NCBI GenBank assembly: GCA_976551045.1
Contig: CDPCPM010000043.1
Span: 682,001-746,000, forward strand
DNA: 64,000 nucleotides
Source of the DNA: Glaucostegus cemiculus
Taxonomy: Eukaryota
Direction of reading: 5' to 3'
Below the pieces are notes generated by a model. The model searched no databases. It saw only the letters and a program-made list of their open reading frames with translations, and was not told the DNA's origin. This document shows, piece after piece, positions 26,905-40,480 of this stretch (position 1 is the stretch's first letter; the number at the start of each line of letters is the position of its first letter). The position numbers and the translations under genes are program-made.

Positions 26905-27410
26905 AAAGTATGGATGCTAGAAATCCTGAACAAAAACAGACACTGCTGGAAGCACTTAGCAGTTCAAGTGGCACCAGTGAAGAGGGAAACAGTCAATGTT
27001 TCAGGTCAAGGATCCTTCATCAGAACTGGAAAAGTGAGAAAACACATGTTTTAAGTAGCAGAATGGTGGAGGGTGGAGAGAACAAAGGGAATGTCTGTGA
27101 CAGAGTGCAGAGCAAAATTGTCAAAGCAACAATTACGATAAAAACTGACACTTGGACTGGAAAGGAAAAAGGGACAAATTAAAACCAGGAGGTACAATCG
27201 TATCTATGGAGAGAGAAAAGAAAGAGGTGGTTAACTGAAATTATTAAATTCAGTACTAAATCCTGAGAACTACAACATACTCAAAGGGAAGAATGAGAAG
27301 CTCTTCTTTGAGCTCACATTGGGCATTGTTGGTGCAATGTAGAAGGCCAGAGATGAAGGTTTGAGTGGGAATGGAATGGAGAATTAAAGTGACAGGTAAC
27401 TGGAAGCAAA
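26905..27410 (-). mobile_element. Penelope-like element 3' part: GIY-YIG endonuclease C-terminus plus terminal repeat with a hammerhead motif
   Basis: The minus strand encodes, with frameshifts, LPVTCHFNSPFHSHSNL..GLLHCTNNAQCELKEELLI..SGFSTEFNNFS*. The terminal repeat follows. Confidence 0.78.
26990..27028 (-). ncRNA. minimal type I hammerhead ribozyme motif (Penelope-associated)
   Basis: Minus strand CAGUU-CUGAUGA-AGGAUC CUU GACCU-GAAA-CA-UU-GACUG: stem I, the conserved core and stem II are present, and stem III is vestigial. Confidence 0.65.
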
Positions 27411-30400
27411 GGTTTTAGCCACATCCCTCTTTTAAACTTGTTTTCTTTTTACTTTCCCTAACCACTGATATATAGAACAATTGTTACCTTGACAACTTGA
27501 GTCTCCACTCTACCACAAACATTCCCACTGTTCTCTCCACTCTCCCTCTGTTACTTAAAACACTCCTGCTTTCTTGACTAATGAACCAATGAAGCACTTT
27601 ACTGATAATAGCTGACAGTTCAACGCAGGAAAGAAAGTAGTAAACAAGAAGTGTCAGAAGAGTGGTTTTTATCATAACCATTGTAAGCATAAATTTTAAT
27701 AATATATTCTTAATAATATGTCTAGAATTTATGAATCTAGTTCCAAGAATGAAAATAATTCATTCTCCTTTTATTTTAACCAATAGATGGCACATGGAGC
27801 TATTTGCATTTCCTCACTCCATGTTCATCAACATTGAATCACTTAGCAAATCATAACATCAAAAACCTTACTCGTTATAGGCCACAATTATCTGCAGGAA
27901 TCAATTGCAGCTGTTAAGAGCAATCATAGCTATAATTGGACTTGGTAGTGAGAAACTTGGACCAATGATCTGAAGATGTGTGTTTCTATCCATCCAAGGA
28001 AGATGGGGAGTTTAAGTTCACATTGATTAAAACAGTTAGGCTTTGCTGTTGGTTTAGCTTTTGCTCGGTGATGTCTCTCGGTATATGAATGATGGAGATT
28101 AGTTAGATAACTACAGGGTTAGTTATAGGACTTTTATGGGGGCGGTGGGGAAGCGGGGGAGAAAAGCTGTCTAACACACGCAGCTCACTGTCATTGCTAA
28201 GAATCAAACTGGACAGATGACTTGCCATCAATACCAAGCCCAGTCAACCTTGCAAAATTCTTACTGACAGTAAAGGAACAGAATGAGTCCTGCAGTCAGC
28301 TCAAACTAGCGTAGTCATATTTACCGAATAATACCTTACAGTCAAAACAGTTCCCCCAGACAGACCCTTCATGGTTCCTGGAGATGTCTGTGCTGTTGAC
28401 AGAACAGGACCCATCTGAAGTTGCATTATAATGGTGGTGGAGTTGGTATTATTCAATACAAGTCCACACCCCTTCTCTTACAATTTTATAAATAACTGAT
28501 GGTGTCATAGGCATAAGAAAATGATTTCTAGTAACATTAAAGATTTAATTTCATGAAGAATGAAAGCAATGTCTTGGCTTTATTCTCGTTACATGAGCTG
28601 GTGTCTTGTGTCATGCAGAGTAGGGTGCAAGTTCATGCCCATGATTTTTTTAAATAGTGGGCTCCACTGAAGGATTATTTTTCTGACCTGCCATGAGAAT
28701 GGTGTTCATTCTGGGCACCTGAAGTAAACAGTTAACTGATTCCAGTGTGTATTCCATGCAATGAAACTTAAAAAGTTTGAAATCCACTGCAGGTCGATTG
28801 GCTTTGAAATCAGGAACAGGTAGAAAGATGCCCCAGGATATTACCCTGCCTTCTCCCTTTGTAGATATGGGCAAACTAGGTCTGTATTTTCATAATTTTC
28901 TGTTATTCACTTCAGATTTCCAGCATTTGCAGTTGTTTTTTCACCCTGTTTAGTTGTGCATTTTGCAATGATTGATTAAACATTGTTAACAGCACAGGCC
29001 AGCAAAGGAATAGGTTGTTCACTCAGCTTTTCTGTTAGGAATTGGAGAATAAGGGTTTATGTTCTTTATTATTGATGAAATCATAAATGAAATATATTGA
29101 ATGTTATTTTGTTTCTTTTGAGCCTCAATTTAAAACTTACTGGCTCATATCAACCTTTATACATATGAAAATTAGATTTCAATAAAGGAGACATTTAATA
29201 ATGCTGATAAACTGAAACTAAGCTGATTGTAGGATATAAATTACTGCTCTGTTGTTATTTGTGATAAATGTGTGATGTAGTAACATATAAAGTTAATAGA
29301 ACTGAATTTCAGAAGTGAAGTTCAACATAGATACAGTGGGCTTAATTGATAAAACACATTGTGGGCTAAGCACAAACAGTGGAGAGCAGACTTCTGCCCA
29401 GCGTAACTCAAGCATTTTTCTTTTTGATCCATTCTAAATAAAAACAAACCTCAATAATTCACTTGCCACTGCCCAACAAAAGTATTCTATTTGAGTCGTT
29501 CCATCATTAAAACAAAAGGGCAGTGGAATTCAGCGTGTTGCCAAGAACAATAAGGTGGTCTTAATTACTGGTTGTATAAGTAAAAAAATATCAGAATTTT
29601 CCTTTAAGTGGGTGAAATTTGTGAGAACATAAGCACAAATGGCGAGTTCTCAATGCCTCATTAGGCTACCAGAATAGCAAGGTATAGACATGAAGATGGT
29701 CTGGAAAAGATGGGTGTCTTTTTGACTTGAAGAAGCAGATTACAGAGTGATATAATGGTATTTACATTTAGAAAGACTAGATTAAAAGTTGAATTCATGT
29801 CGTGGCACTCTGAGTTTTATACTGATCTTTTGAAATGGATACAATATTTATAACCTGGACGCACATTGACTTTATGAGCTGGTAGCCCAAGCTCACTGTT
29901 TTAGTACCTTAACCTAAAAGCAGTATCACATTTAAAAGTAGATTCTATTTTTACTGACCTAATCACTCCTTTCATTAATATTTGAAATCTAGGACATCTT
30001 TAATATTAATGCTAAATAAAATTTATCAGAGGATTGACAATCTTTCCAATCCTTAGCTGTGCAGCTTAAGTGAATGACCTTGCTCATTCTACTATATTGG
30101 AGAGGGAATTAGGGACCATTTTACTTTGCAGAAATCCCAATCTGTCATTTATAAAAATTAAAATGAGTCATTCCAATTAGCATTTCACAAATCTTGAAGG
30201 AAAGTTTATCCCAAGTGATTGTTGTCTTTTATGCATATATCTTCAAAGCATTGACACTTTCTGGTTTAATGCAGGTGTTTGTCTTTAATAGTGTTGTCTC
30301 CACACGCACTGCAGCTAAATTATCAATGAACATGCTGTTTGCCTGTTAATGACTGTGGAAATCATGCTGAATCTTGCATATAAGCCTATAAAATGTTTGT

Positions 30401-31179
30401 AATTTCCACTTATGGCATTCAAGTATGTCAGTAAAAAGAGAATTATTAAAGGTGAGATGGAACTCCAGGGATTGTTGATTTACACATCATCAAAACCTGC
30501 AGGGATATGTAATCAGCACCATGGTGATTGATGCTGGACAGAAGAATGTTAGAACGGAGGTAAATTCTGCAGAGGCTGAAAGTAATAGAATGGATAATAA
30601 GCTGTAGAAGGCAAAGCAACAAGGCTCAGTACATCAATGAAGTACAAGTTTGCAAAATGTTCAAGGTGCTACCTTGTTAAAGCAATATCAGATGAATCCT
30701 CACACATCAAATCCACATCATAGAAATAGTTGATTCAACTCAAGTGGCTCTCTGATAATAATGCTCCACAAAAGCCTTTTACCTGTTATCATATAGCCCT
30801 TCTAGAATAGCCCTGTCAGAATAAATGAGGCCAAAGTCCTCTATTCTTTTCTTGCTCACTTATCTGTTTTTTTAAAAAATGCATTTATGCTATTTTCTGC
30901 AACCATTCATTTGTTTTACTTGGCATTATAAAGTATTTAGTAATCCTGGACAGAATGGGCTTGAAGCCCTTTGAAGGTTGGTGCTGACAGCTCCGTGCTC
31001 TGTGACATTGGATGTGGATTTTCCAGCAGGCCTGTCAATGTGCCTAACCTTTCATTATGCAGCCATCTGTTGTAGGGGAACTCTCTGACACTGCTAGGGC
31101 CAAGAACCTGTTTAACTTGAGTGGCACCGATGCTTTTTTTTTTACATTGATCCAGGACAGGATAAATAGCCACATGATT

Positions 31180-31430
31180 AGTTAAAGTCAAATCATGTTT
31201 AACCAGTTCCATAGAACTGGTTGATGTGGTGAGGATAATCCAGTCAATGTGGTGAACATGGACTTGCAGATGGCTTTTGATAATGTGCTTCATAATGTGC
31301 TTATAAAGATAGTTGAAACACGGGGCAAAAAGGAGCAGTGATAGTTTGCTAAATAACTAACAGAGGGTTGTGATGAATGGTTGTGTTTTGGAGTGAAAGA
31401 TGGTGAATAGTGGTGTTCCTCATGGATCAG
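31180..31430 (+). mobile_element. decayed CR1-like RT fragment
   Basis: KVKSCLT...VNVVNMDLQMAFDNVLH (the DFQKAFDKVPH motif) and SGVPHGS. Confidence 0.7.
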
Positions 31431-32529
31431 ATATGTGCCTCTAGTTTTCTCACCTTGTCAATTTATGTTTTAACCAGTTATCTCATCTTGTTCTAATCTC
31501 ATTCCAATAAAATAAATTAGCTTGATCTTTATTTTACAGGTGTCTCTCAAGTTACCAATTTATAAACTTTCTTATGACTGCTATTGAACTGCACTTATTT
31601 TCCTGTTTTCCCTGGTTTCTTTTTCATTAATCCAACTGGCAAGGATGCCTTTCTTGTTGAGCTTCTCAGTCAGAAGCAAGTCTTAAACATGCTGTTTAAA
31701 TCCCCATTCACTTTTCCTTTTTTCCTCCTTTTTAAGACAGATTAGCTGAGTTAAATCAAACCTCCCATAATTATAATGCAACATTTCCTTTGTAGGTGAA
31801 TTTGATTCTACCGTGTACCCCTGCTTTATCACAGTTTGGGTAATGTAGATTCACCCTTACAGAACTCACAAACCACAAATAAAAAAATTTAGATCTGGAA
31901 TAAAAATTTGCTCTGAATTCATGTGGAGGGAGAAAAAACTAAATAGACAAGTAATGTGAAAGAACCTTTGTCAACTTTTAGCTAGGGTTAGTGATACGGA
32001 AGATCAGGTTATGGATGGTTTTCGAGGAACAGAACTCCACTGTAACATGGGGGGTGTAACGTGGATATTTCCCTCTGGGTCTTGGTGAGGCTGAATGTTG
32101 ATGTAAAGTCGATGTAATTATAAATTCTGTTTTTTGTAGAATTATATTTCTATATACTTAAATCACACTTTTGTTCAGGATTTTACAATCACTTTCCAAA
32201 GCAAATAGACCAGAAATGTTAATGAATGTAACTGCTTCACCTCAGAGAGGAGGTGGCCAAAGATCCCTCCTTGCAGTAAGGGTGAAAAACAGAAGCTGTG
32301 ATTGCAAAGAGTCCTACACTTCCCAGAGCCTGGTTGCAGTGCAGTAGTGACAGAGGTACACTCAGGAAACAGGAAGATACACATTTGGAAAGGAAAATGC
32401 ATTCTTGAAACCTATCCACATCCACACTCTGCTGTTCGAAATAGTATCTCATGTATGTTGTTTATTTGATTAAAGCTACTGCCCTCCATGTGTTTGTTAA
32501 CACAACTAATGTTGGCATTTAAGTTGGAG

Positions 32530-33535
32530 CAAGAAACTGCAAATGCTGGAAATCTGAAACTAAAACAGGAGATGCTGGAAACACTCAGCAGGTCAGGCAA
32601 CACCAATGGGGAGAGAAACCAAGTTCACATTTTCAGTTATGGACTCTCCATCAGAACTGGAGAAGTGAGAAGTCAGGTGTATTTTAAGTTCAGGGAGGGG
32701 GAAGGTGGAGAGGAGAGGAAAATGTCTGTGCTAGGGTGTAGACCAAAGATAGATTACAATTACTTTAAATACAGCATATAGTGACAGAGGAGAAAAAAAG
32801 AAACGAAACAGAAAAGGGAGCCACATCTGTGGAAAGAGGGAGAAATGTGGTTACCTGAAATTATTAAATTCAACTTAAAGTCCTGAGGGGTGTAAAATAC
32901 CCAGATGGAAAATGGGCTGCTGTTCTTCAAATTTATGTTGAAATTTTTGAAACAATGTAGGACAAAGGCAGAGAGGCCAGCATCAGAGTGGGGTCTTTTT
33001 GTCTACGGCTCCTACACTGCTCTCTCACACTGACCTCCAATCATCAGTATCCTACATTTCTCTGATGATGCCCAGCATAAGTTCAGGAAACAGCAACTTG
33101 CCTTTTGTTTGGACACATTGTAACTCTCAGGTCTTATTGTAGAATCTAACAATTTCAGGTAAGCATGCTTTTCTTTCCTGCACAGATGTGGCTGAACCTC
33201 TCTGCTTCAAGATGTTTCTTTCTTTCTCTTGCGTCCCAAACTGCCAGTTTTCAAAGTGATTGTTAGCTTGACAACTTTGTTCTGCACCCGATCATAGTGA
33301 TATCCCCCTGTGCTCTCCACAGCTACATCTTCCTACAACTTAAAACATGCTTGGTAAATTGGTTTAGTTTTGTCACATGTACTGAGGTACAGTGAAAACC
33401 TTTGTTTTGCATGTCATCCATACAGAGCATTTCATTACATCAGTGCACTGAGGTAGTACAAGGAAAAAACAATAACGGCTTATTTTCTCATTTTTGCGGT
33501 GCTGCTTGACCTCCTGAACACTTCTGGCATTTTAA
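32530..33535. mobile_element. two head-to-head Penelope-like 3' fragments forming an inverted structure centred near 33000
   Basis: Minus strand 32530-32995 and plus strand 33020-33535 both carry the GIY-YIG C-terminus (plus: ...DDAQHKFRKQQLAFCLDTL*LSGLIVESNNFR*) and terminal-repeat sequence. Confidence 0.72.
33358..33475 (-). mobile_element. Rex1/Babar-like 3' tail nested in the Penelope-like element
   Basis: ggtttagttttgtcacatgtactgaggtacagtgaaaacc...cagtgcactgaggtagtacaagg interrupts the Penelope repeat. Confidence 0.6.
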
Positions 33536-34157
33536 TGCTTGTAAAATTAAGTTGTTTAGTTCTCCTTTTCAACGCCTGCCCCATCATCCTTGCCTATGGT
33601 GGTATACGATACTTGAACTTTAAAGTTCTCCAGTGTTTTAATCAGCTGGGGAATTTATAGGAGTCTTAGTATTGAATGCTGGCAGTTTACTAAGGGAGGC
33701 AAACTCAGTCATGGTTCCTCCTGCAATTCCTAACAGAAATTACTGCAAACCCCAGTGATGATTTTTGCTCCCTTGCTGTTCATGAAAGAACATGATTTAA
33801 AATTAATTGTACAACTGCATAAGATGACTGGCCTGCTTCTTAGGCTCTCTTGTATTTATATTCATGAAGTGCAGCCTAGATAAAACAAATTTACACTTCA
33901 TCAGTGAAGCACAATCAAATTAAAAAGGAAATAATACAGTTTATGATACGTTATTAGAATTGAATACTTGAATGATTGTCTTTTTCCAGATGAATTGCAA
34001 TCATTGCAAATTGAGATTTTAGTTCATTTGAACCTGATTAGTATGCTTTTAATTGGATTATTTCCACAGATATTCTAACCTGTTGCTGTTTTTATGTGTA
34101 TCTGTGTCTTATATTCCTGTCTCTCTATATGTACCTGTCACTTTACCGTTACAATAG

Positions 34158-34226
34158 GAACTCGGTCTTGTTATCACAGGAACTCTGCCGGTCTTCAATC
34201 TAACTCAAGATGCTAGCGGAAACCGG
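34158..34226 (+). CDS. CACNA2D1: alpha2delta-1 exon (exon 16 equivalent)
   Basis: caatag|GAA...CGG|gtatgt; 69 bp; ELGLVITGTLPVFNLTQDASGNR. Confidence 0.93.
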
Positions 34227-35673
34227 GTATGTTTTAAGTTGGAGAGTGTGGTATTGTCTACCTTAAATCTGTGCAAAAAAACCAGTGATTGTTATTTGTA
34301 TATCTGCAATCTTCATTGACTTTTCCAAAAGGCTTTTTTTCTGGAAGTATTGTGGAACTGTTTCCCACAAAACTCTAATGCATTGCTCTGAAGTAGAGGT
34401 TCTGTAAAAGAATGTCAGAATGTTCACACAGTTATAAACAACAAATTTATATTGTTTGCTATTTGTAGCATAATTTGGAACATGTGCTGATTGGTACTGC
34501 CAGAGAGACTGGCTTGCAGTTTCCCGACTTTGCCAGGAATTAAAGGACATTTTTTTACAATTACAGATTTTACAATCAAAACGATATCTACTGTGATAAT
34601 AAGCTGGCTGAGATGAGCCCAGATAATATTGTTCAGACCCATCAGGTCTCTCTCTAATACCCTTACAATGACCTCATAATTTATCCTCAGTTTAAAAGAC
34701 CATTATGTCATATCTGCCCTCAGACCTTCAGAGACACTAAGTATGTATTGTCTGTGGCCTCCTCAATGCTCCCAAGTTCTATCACAATTTGACCAAAGCT
34801 CATTAATGTCATTATTCTTGTGAACACTTTATTTTTTCCTGCTGTCTTTTCTCAGTCGCTCTCCCTGCCACTAATGGAGGACTGTAGAGAATGCAGCTGT
34901 CTCAATTGCCTGCTAATGGAGTAATGATAGGACTCTACCAGAATATCTTCTGATTTTCAGGGCTCTTGTATTACTCTGTGTAGTATTTAACCTGGGGCAG
35001 AGAGTCTTCTTAGCGTTTTCAGTATGTTTAATAGCTTACATCATCCAGATGCATTTGGAGTTGTCAGTAACTCTGTTTGCTTGACATTAAATAGTTGGCC
35101 TGACATCGATCAATCCAGTCGAGCTTTGAATGGCCAAAATACTGCCTTGTTTCTTTAGCTAACTGCTGATAAAAATTGAGAGACGAGAAAAACAAACAAT
35201 AAGTGTTATTTAGGTATAGAGAGGTCAAGATATTTAAAATAGGTTATATCAATTGGAAGCTAAAATAACGCTTACCTTAAAATAAATAAGAATGGGGAAG
35301 TAGAATAAAGAGAGTAACAACTTGTAATTGTATGGAATCTTTTAATATAGTAAATTAACCCATGGACTAAGGAAAGTAGAAGTACAAAATATTTGGTTTA
35401 TTCATTTGACAATAAAGTCCTGCCATCTGACAAGGGTTATAACTGTGATGTCAGTTTCATCATAGTTCCCTAACATCAGAAAAGTTTTAACTACGATCAG
35501 TCCTTAATTCCCACTTGAGTTCAATGTAATGATAAAAATATTGCTTAGCTCCATATCACCAAGTACAAAAGTTACCTAATGCTTTTATATGAAAAATGAA
35601 ATGAATGAAAATATTTTAAGGGATAATCTTTTTGCAAGATATTAATCATTATTTTGACTATATGACCTTTCAG

Positions 35674-35748
35674 AACCAGTTGATTCTTGGAGTGATGGGC
35701 ATTGATGTATCTCTAGCTGATGTAAAGAGGCTCACACCACGTTACACT
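35674..35748 (+). CDS. CACNA2D1: alpha2delta-1 exon (exon 17 equivalent)
   Basis: ctttcag|AAC...ACT|gtaagt; 75 bp; [25 protein letters not shown]. Confidence 0.96.
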
Positions 35749-37031
35749 GTAAGTATAGTTCAGAAGTTCTCTCTGGTCATTCATCATTGGTACTCCATTC
35801 AACCCTAGTTCTGAGTTATTCCCTGGACTTTTTAAATAAATGTTAGCTATTCTGTGCAGTAGTGAGCAGGTTCTAGCAAATTTGGGATTTCCACACATGC
35901 ATGCGCAAATGTGCAATGCCAAACTTCCTGATCATTGGTTGTCAATGACTCTGATAGTGGCAGAGGCTTGGCATTTCCTCAGCAGTAACAGTGGAGAATC
36001 TGGCAGCTGGGACCTGCTACAGGAACAACGTCTCCAGTCAGTTCAATGAGAAGGGACTAAAATAGGTCTTAGGTCATGTACTATTTTTCTCATTGAATTT
36101 ATTTAAATGTTTTAAGTGTTTTAGTTTTCAATTTTTAGAAACTTTAAACAAAAAATTAATTAGTACGTGGATTATTTTGTTTGCAGGACCTCCAAAAACA
36201 TTACAGATTTTCAACAGCTCTGACAAGTAGCTGAGCCAGGGATGTGGCTTAGCAGTCAAAGTTCTTGCTTTGTTCTGCATCCTGTCCCACTCCCCACCCC
36301 ACATTGCACCTATTTGATCCTAATACTGCCTGCCACAACAGAGCCATCTGTAGTGGCGATTGGGATGGGTTCTTTTGAGGAAGTTATAGCGGGAAAATTT
36401 TCACTGGATGAATGCAGACCTAGTGCTTATGTCTGTGGCGAGCGTGGGCAGCTTGCTGTTGACCAGAGTATTTAGTCCATAACGAGTATAGACTCTTTTC
36501 CAGGCCCGCTATACTGTAGACTCAGTTTTATACATTTTACCTGTACTCTTCAGTTCAATATACAGGCTAATGAGCCACCCACTGTCCAATAGGTTACGTG
36601 CTGATGATTCTGAAGAAAATATCATTGTTTTTTCTTCAAAGTAAGTTTACATCAGTAGATGGTTCAAGTAATTAATATAATAGTTAACTCAAAATTTAAA
36701 ATACTTGAGTTGAAAATTATACAAAATATTTAATGTTTTTACTGTTGTGATTCAGTGTTTGCTTGCATACTGAATGTGTACTAATTACTTTAATTTTGAT
36801 AGGTAATTATACATAATTACATTTACACTGCACTAGCATAAAGGCAGTCTAAACAAGTAATCCTTTGAAAGTGTAAACTTGTTCAATGTTTGCACATTAG
36901 AAAAGTACCACTGTCTTTGAATGAAATGTAGATCCTGCATTTTATGTTGAATGACATCACAGTAATATAAATGTTTTATTTCATTTTGCATATAATCTGT
37001 AATATTGGATTATGTCTTCTTAATGTTATAA

Positions 37032-37130
<99 letters not shown>

Positions 37131-40100
37131 TAGATTCTAATGCTAAATGCATGAGAACCTACCATCCCAAGCTCTAAGGAAGTTAGTACTTGTAATGAAA
37201 TAATTAAAGCTGGATAACCTAGGAATTGCCTGAGTGCAGCATTGCAGATTATTTATTGATTTTGTTTATTTGATACTCACTACTTACTATTCAAATTAAT
37301 AACTCAAATGTACTATTGTGTGACTGTGATCAACCTTTTGACTCTAAACCATTTTTGTTCTAACACTGGAGCTTAATTATAATAGAACAGCAGGAAATGA
37401 AATCTTTATTGTGTTTTACATAAGACTATAGTCTGATGATTTGATTTCATTTTTACCACATGTCTTAATCACACAATGATTTTAAAACATCAGGGACCCT
37501 GCTGAACATTTAGATTTAAATAACCAGTATTAGGTTCAATTTTATGAACAGGTCTGAGTACCTGTTGGTTGGCTGAAATGAAAAGAATGAGCAAATTTGC
37601 ACATTTACCTTGAGTTGGCCTTTCATAAGTCAAAACAATTTTTAGTGCAGCTTCTGTGAAGTTGCATATTAGCCTAGTTTGATCCTGAGAGAAATTTTAG
37701 AAGCATGGGCAATGATGTGATCTTGCTCTATTAAGAAATCTAGCTGAGTGAGCTGGGTTAATTATGAATGTGGCTGTATTATGTATAAGTAGCATTTATT
37801 CATAATATGGCACTTCTGTAATGATAATGGTTTAACCTATTTGAAAATATACACTCTACTTGTCTCTAACTGATTGTTTTTCCAATTAAGCTTATCAGTA
37901 TAGTACGTCTTGAATATATTTTGCAGATTCTATAATACTCTTCTGTGTTATGTTGTAAATAAGGTGAACATTGTAATCAGTATGTGCAAAATGTAATGGT
38001 GAACGAAACTTGTCCGTTATGGAGGTTTTAATCTGAATAAATACACAATGAGAGGGACAAAAGGGGTTGTAACAATTTTACTAATGTCCAGCCAGCAGGT
38101 CTGTGGGGATCAGTGCAAATGTCTGCACATCTGACAACCACGGTGGTACATTACAATATGGAAACCAGGAATGCGCTGGAGGTTAAATGCTGACACACCT
38201 GACCTTTTGCTCCACTGCTGAGTTCCTCAGTTTTAAGCCAGCCATGACTAGTATATCTAGTGCAGCCTCATTTATTTGAATCAGATTGCCAACCTGGGTA
38301 AATTGACATAGGCATAATCATTGGTTTAATTAATATGTACATGTTTAAATAAATTTACAATTTTAAGTAATGTTTTTTAAATTATCTAACTTAGTTTCAA
38401 CTACTCTGGTCTTAGAAAGAGTTGAAAAGGCCTTTGTCAGAACCATGAGGCCAATCTGGAAACTGGGCCTTGAGGTCAACCATCTGAGCTTGAGTTAGTA
38501 CTTGTGAGGGTAGACTCAGCAGTGAAACCTGTAGTTCATTTGCACCTACACCATGGCAGAAGCCTAATGTGGCTGCAGAGATACCATGCAGGGTGGAGGG
38601 GGGGGCGGTGATGGGTCATCCAAGGTATGTGATGGGTCATTATCCTGCAGTGATCAGAAATGAACATAAGTGAATGCATTTGATCCCATCTGGAAAACAG
38701 TTTGAAAATTGAGTTCAAACTTGATGGAAGTGGTATTGTATGTGGACATTATTAAAAAGCCAGTTTCTCCCCCTTTAATAAAATTCCCAACAGGAATGCT
38801 GATGTGTTTCTACAGTTTTGCCAGTTTGCTTGTGGTGCTGCATGTCAGCAAGACTACTGAAGGAAATCCCTTCCAGAGCAAAGGTACATAGCAAAGACAG
38901 CTGATGCATTGGCTGTCTTTGATTAACTAATGGTGGGTGGAGCTATCAGGAAATATTTACTGACTTGAGAACTTCAATTTTATGTTTTCATTAGAAATTG
39001 CTTCTTAGACCTAAATTAATCCATGTAATATCATACAAGGAGGTGAGCATTCCTGAGTGTGTTTAACTCATAGTAGAAGTATTCCTGTTTCAGTGTGAGT
39101 AGTAATTAGGGATTGAAATTTGCCTGGTCTAAAGGTAAATCATAAATCATCACAGCAGTAAATTTTAAAAATGATTCCACTGCTGTGATTGACATCAAGC
39201 ATTGGTACTTGGAAAAGAGGAAACATTTCATTCTCCTTTCTGGGCCCATGGACACAAGAAGAATCAGAGAGGGTCTTGGCTCTTTCTCTCAGTCGGTTCA
39301 ATAAGATACACTGCCCCTTCACTACACAGAGTATATAGTTACCAAGAGTGTACTAAAAACACGTTCATCAATTAAAAGCAGAGGCTTTTTCAGGCCTCAC
39401 ACACCCCTGGTTTTTCATCTGCTTCTTTGCTGAGGAGGGAGTCGCTTATTTCTCCACACAGCAAGTATTTACTGGATATGTGTCCCTCCAGCTGTAAAGT
39501 TCTAATATTCTCTCCATGCCTCAGCATGTATCATTAATTGAAGAATTGATACCCAAAATTTGAACCAGAATAGACCTTCATTGACCAACCTGAGTGCTTC
39601 CAGAACCGCCATCAATCTCTCTTTGTCAAAGTATTGTTATGGTCGCCGGTGAACAGGTAGTCATAAGTTCTCACAGCTGTCAGTGAGGACATACCTCCTC
39701 ATGAATGCCTCACCAATTATTGAGCATCCTGTCAGGTTCACCATTTAATTATAGGACTGTTGTGCCTTCAGCAAGTGTGCATAAAGAAACCAGTGCCAGA
39801 GGGAAAATACTACATATTGTATTTTGTACCAGTTTGTTAAGGAACAATTAGCATCTTAAATATTGCAGGAACATGGGAAAACCTGTAAGGATGCTTTCTC
39901 CAGTATTTCATTCATTCATTCTTTTATTTATTGCTGCTGCCAAATAACAGTTCACGGGATTTGGACTTGTCCCAATGGTCTGCATCTAATAGCAGAGCTG
40001 ATATTGAGCCAGCACAATGAAATTCAACTGAGCTGGAGCTTGACACCACCCAGCAGGAGTTACCACCTTGGTCTGAACAACAAGAAGGATGGGCATCTGG

Positions 40101-40339
40101 GGCACAAAGGCGAAGAAGACCATGGTATTGTGCATCACAAGAGGGAGCTTTACCTTGTTTCAAAATTTTGAGATGTTGTACATTAAGCTTGCCCCGAAAT
40201 TGAGGTCCAAATCTGCACAGTGTGTAGATCACTTCTGTTAAAGATATTGGAGCTGCCGTAAAAAGAAAAGAACCATGGATCTTGCTAATTTTGAAGAGAA
40301 ATAGAAGCTACGGCTGAGAGAAGGAACAAATAGTGGTAG

Positions 40340-40480
40340 CAAAACTCAAACCGCGGAGGAACTCGGCAGGTCGAGTAGCATCTCTGGAGGTGAAAGAAAT
40401 TGTAGATGTTTTCGGTCAAGGTATTGCATCAAAACCCTGATTAGGACCAGAAGGAAAAGAACAAAATACTGCAAACATAA
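40340..40480 (-). repeat. Penelope-like terminal-repeat fragment
   Basis: gcggaggaactcggcaggtcgagtagcatctctggagg...gatgttttcggtcaaggtattgcatc (degenerate hammerhead core). Confidence 0.6.
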
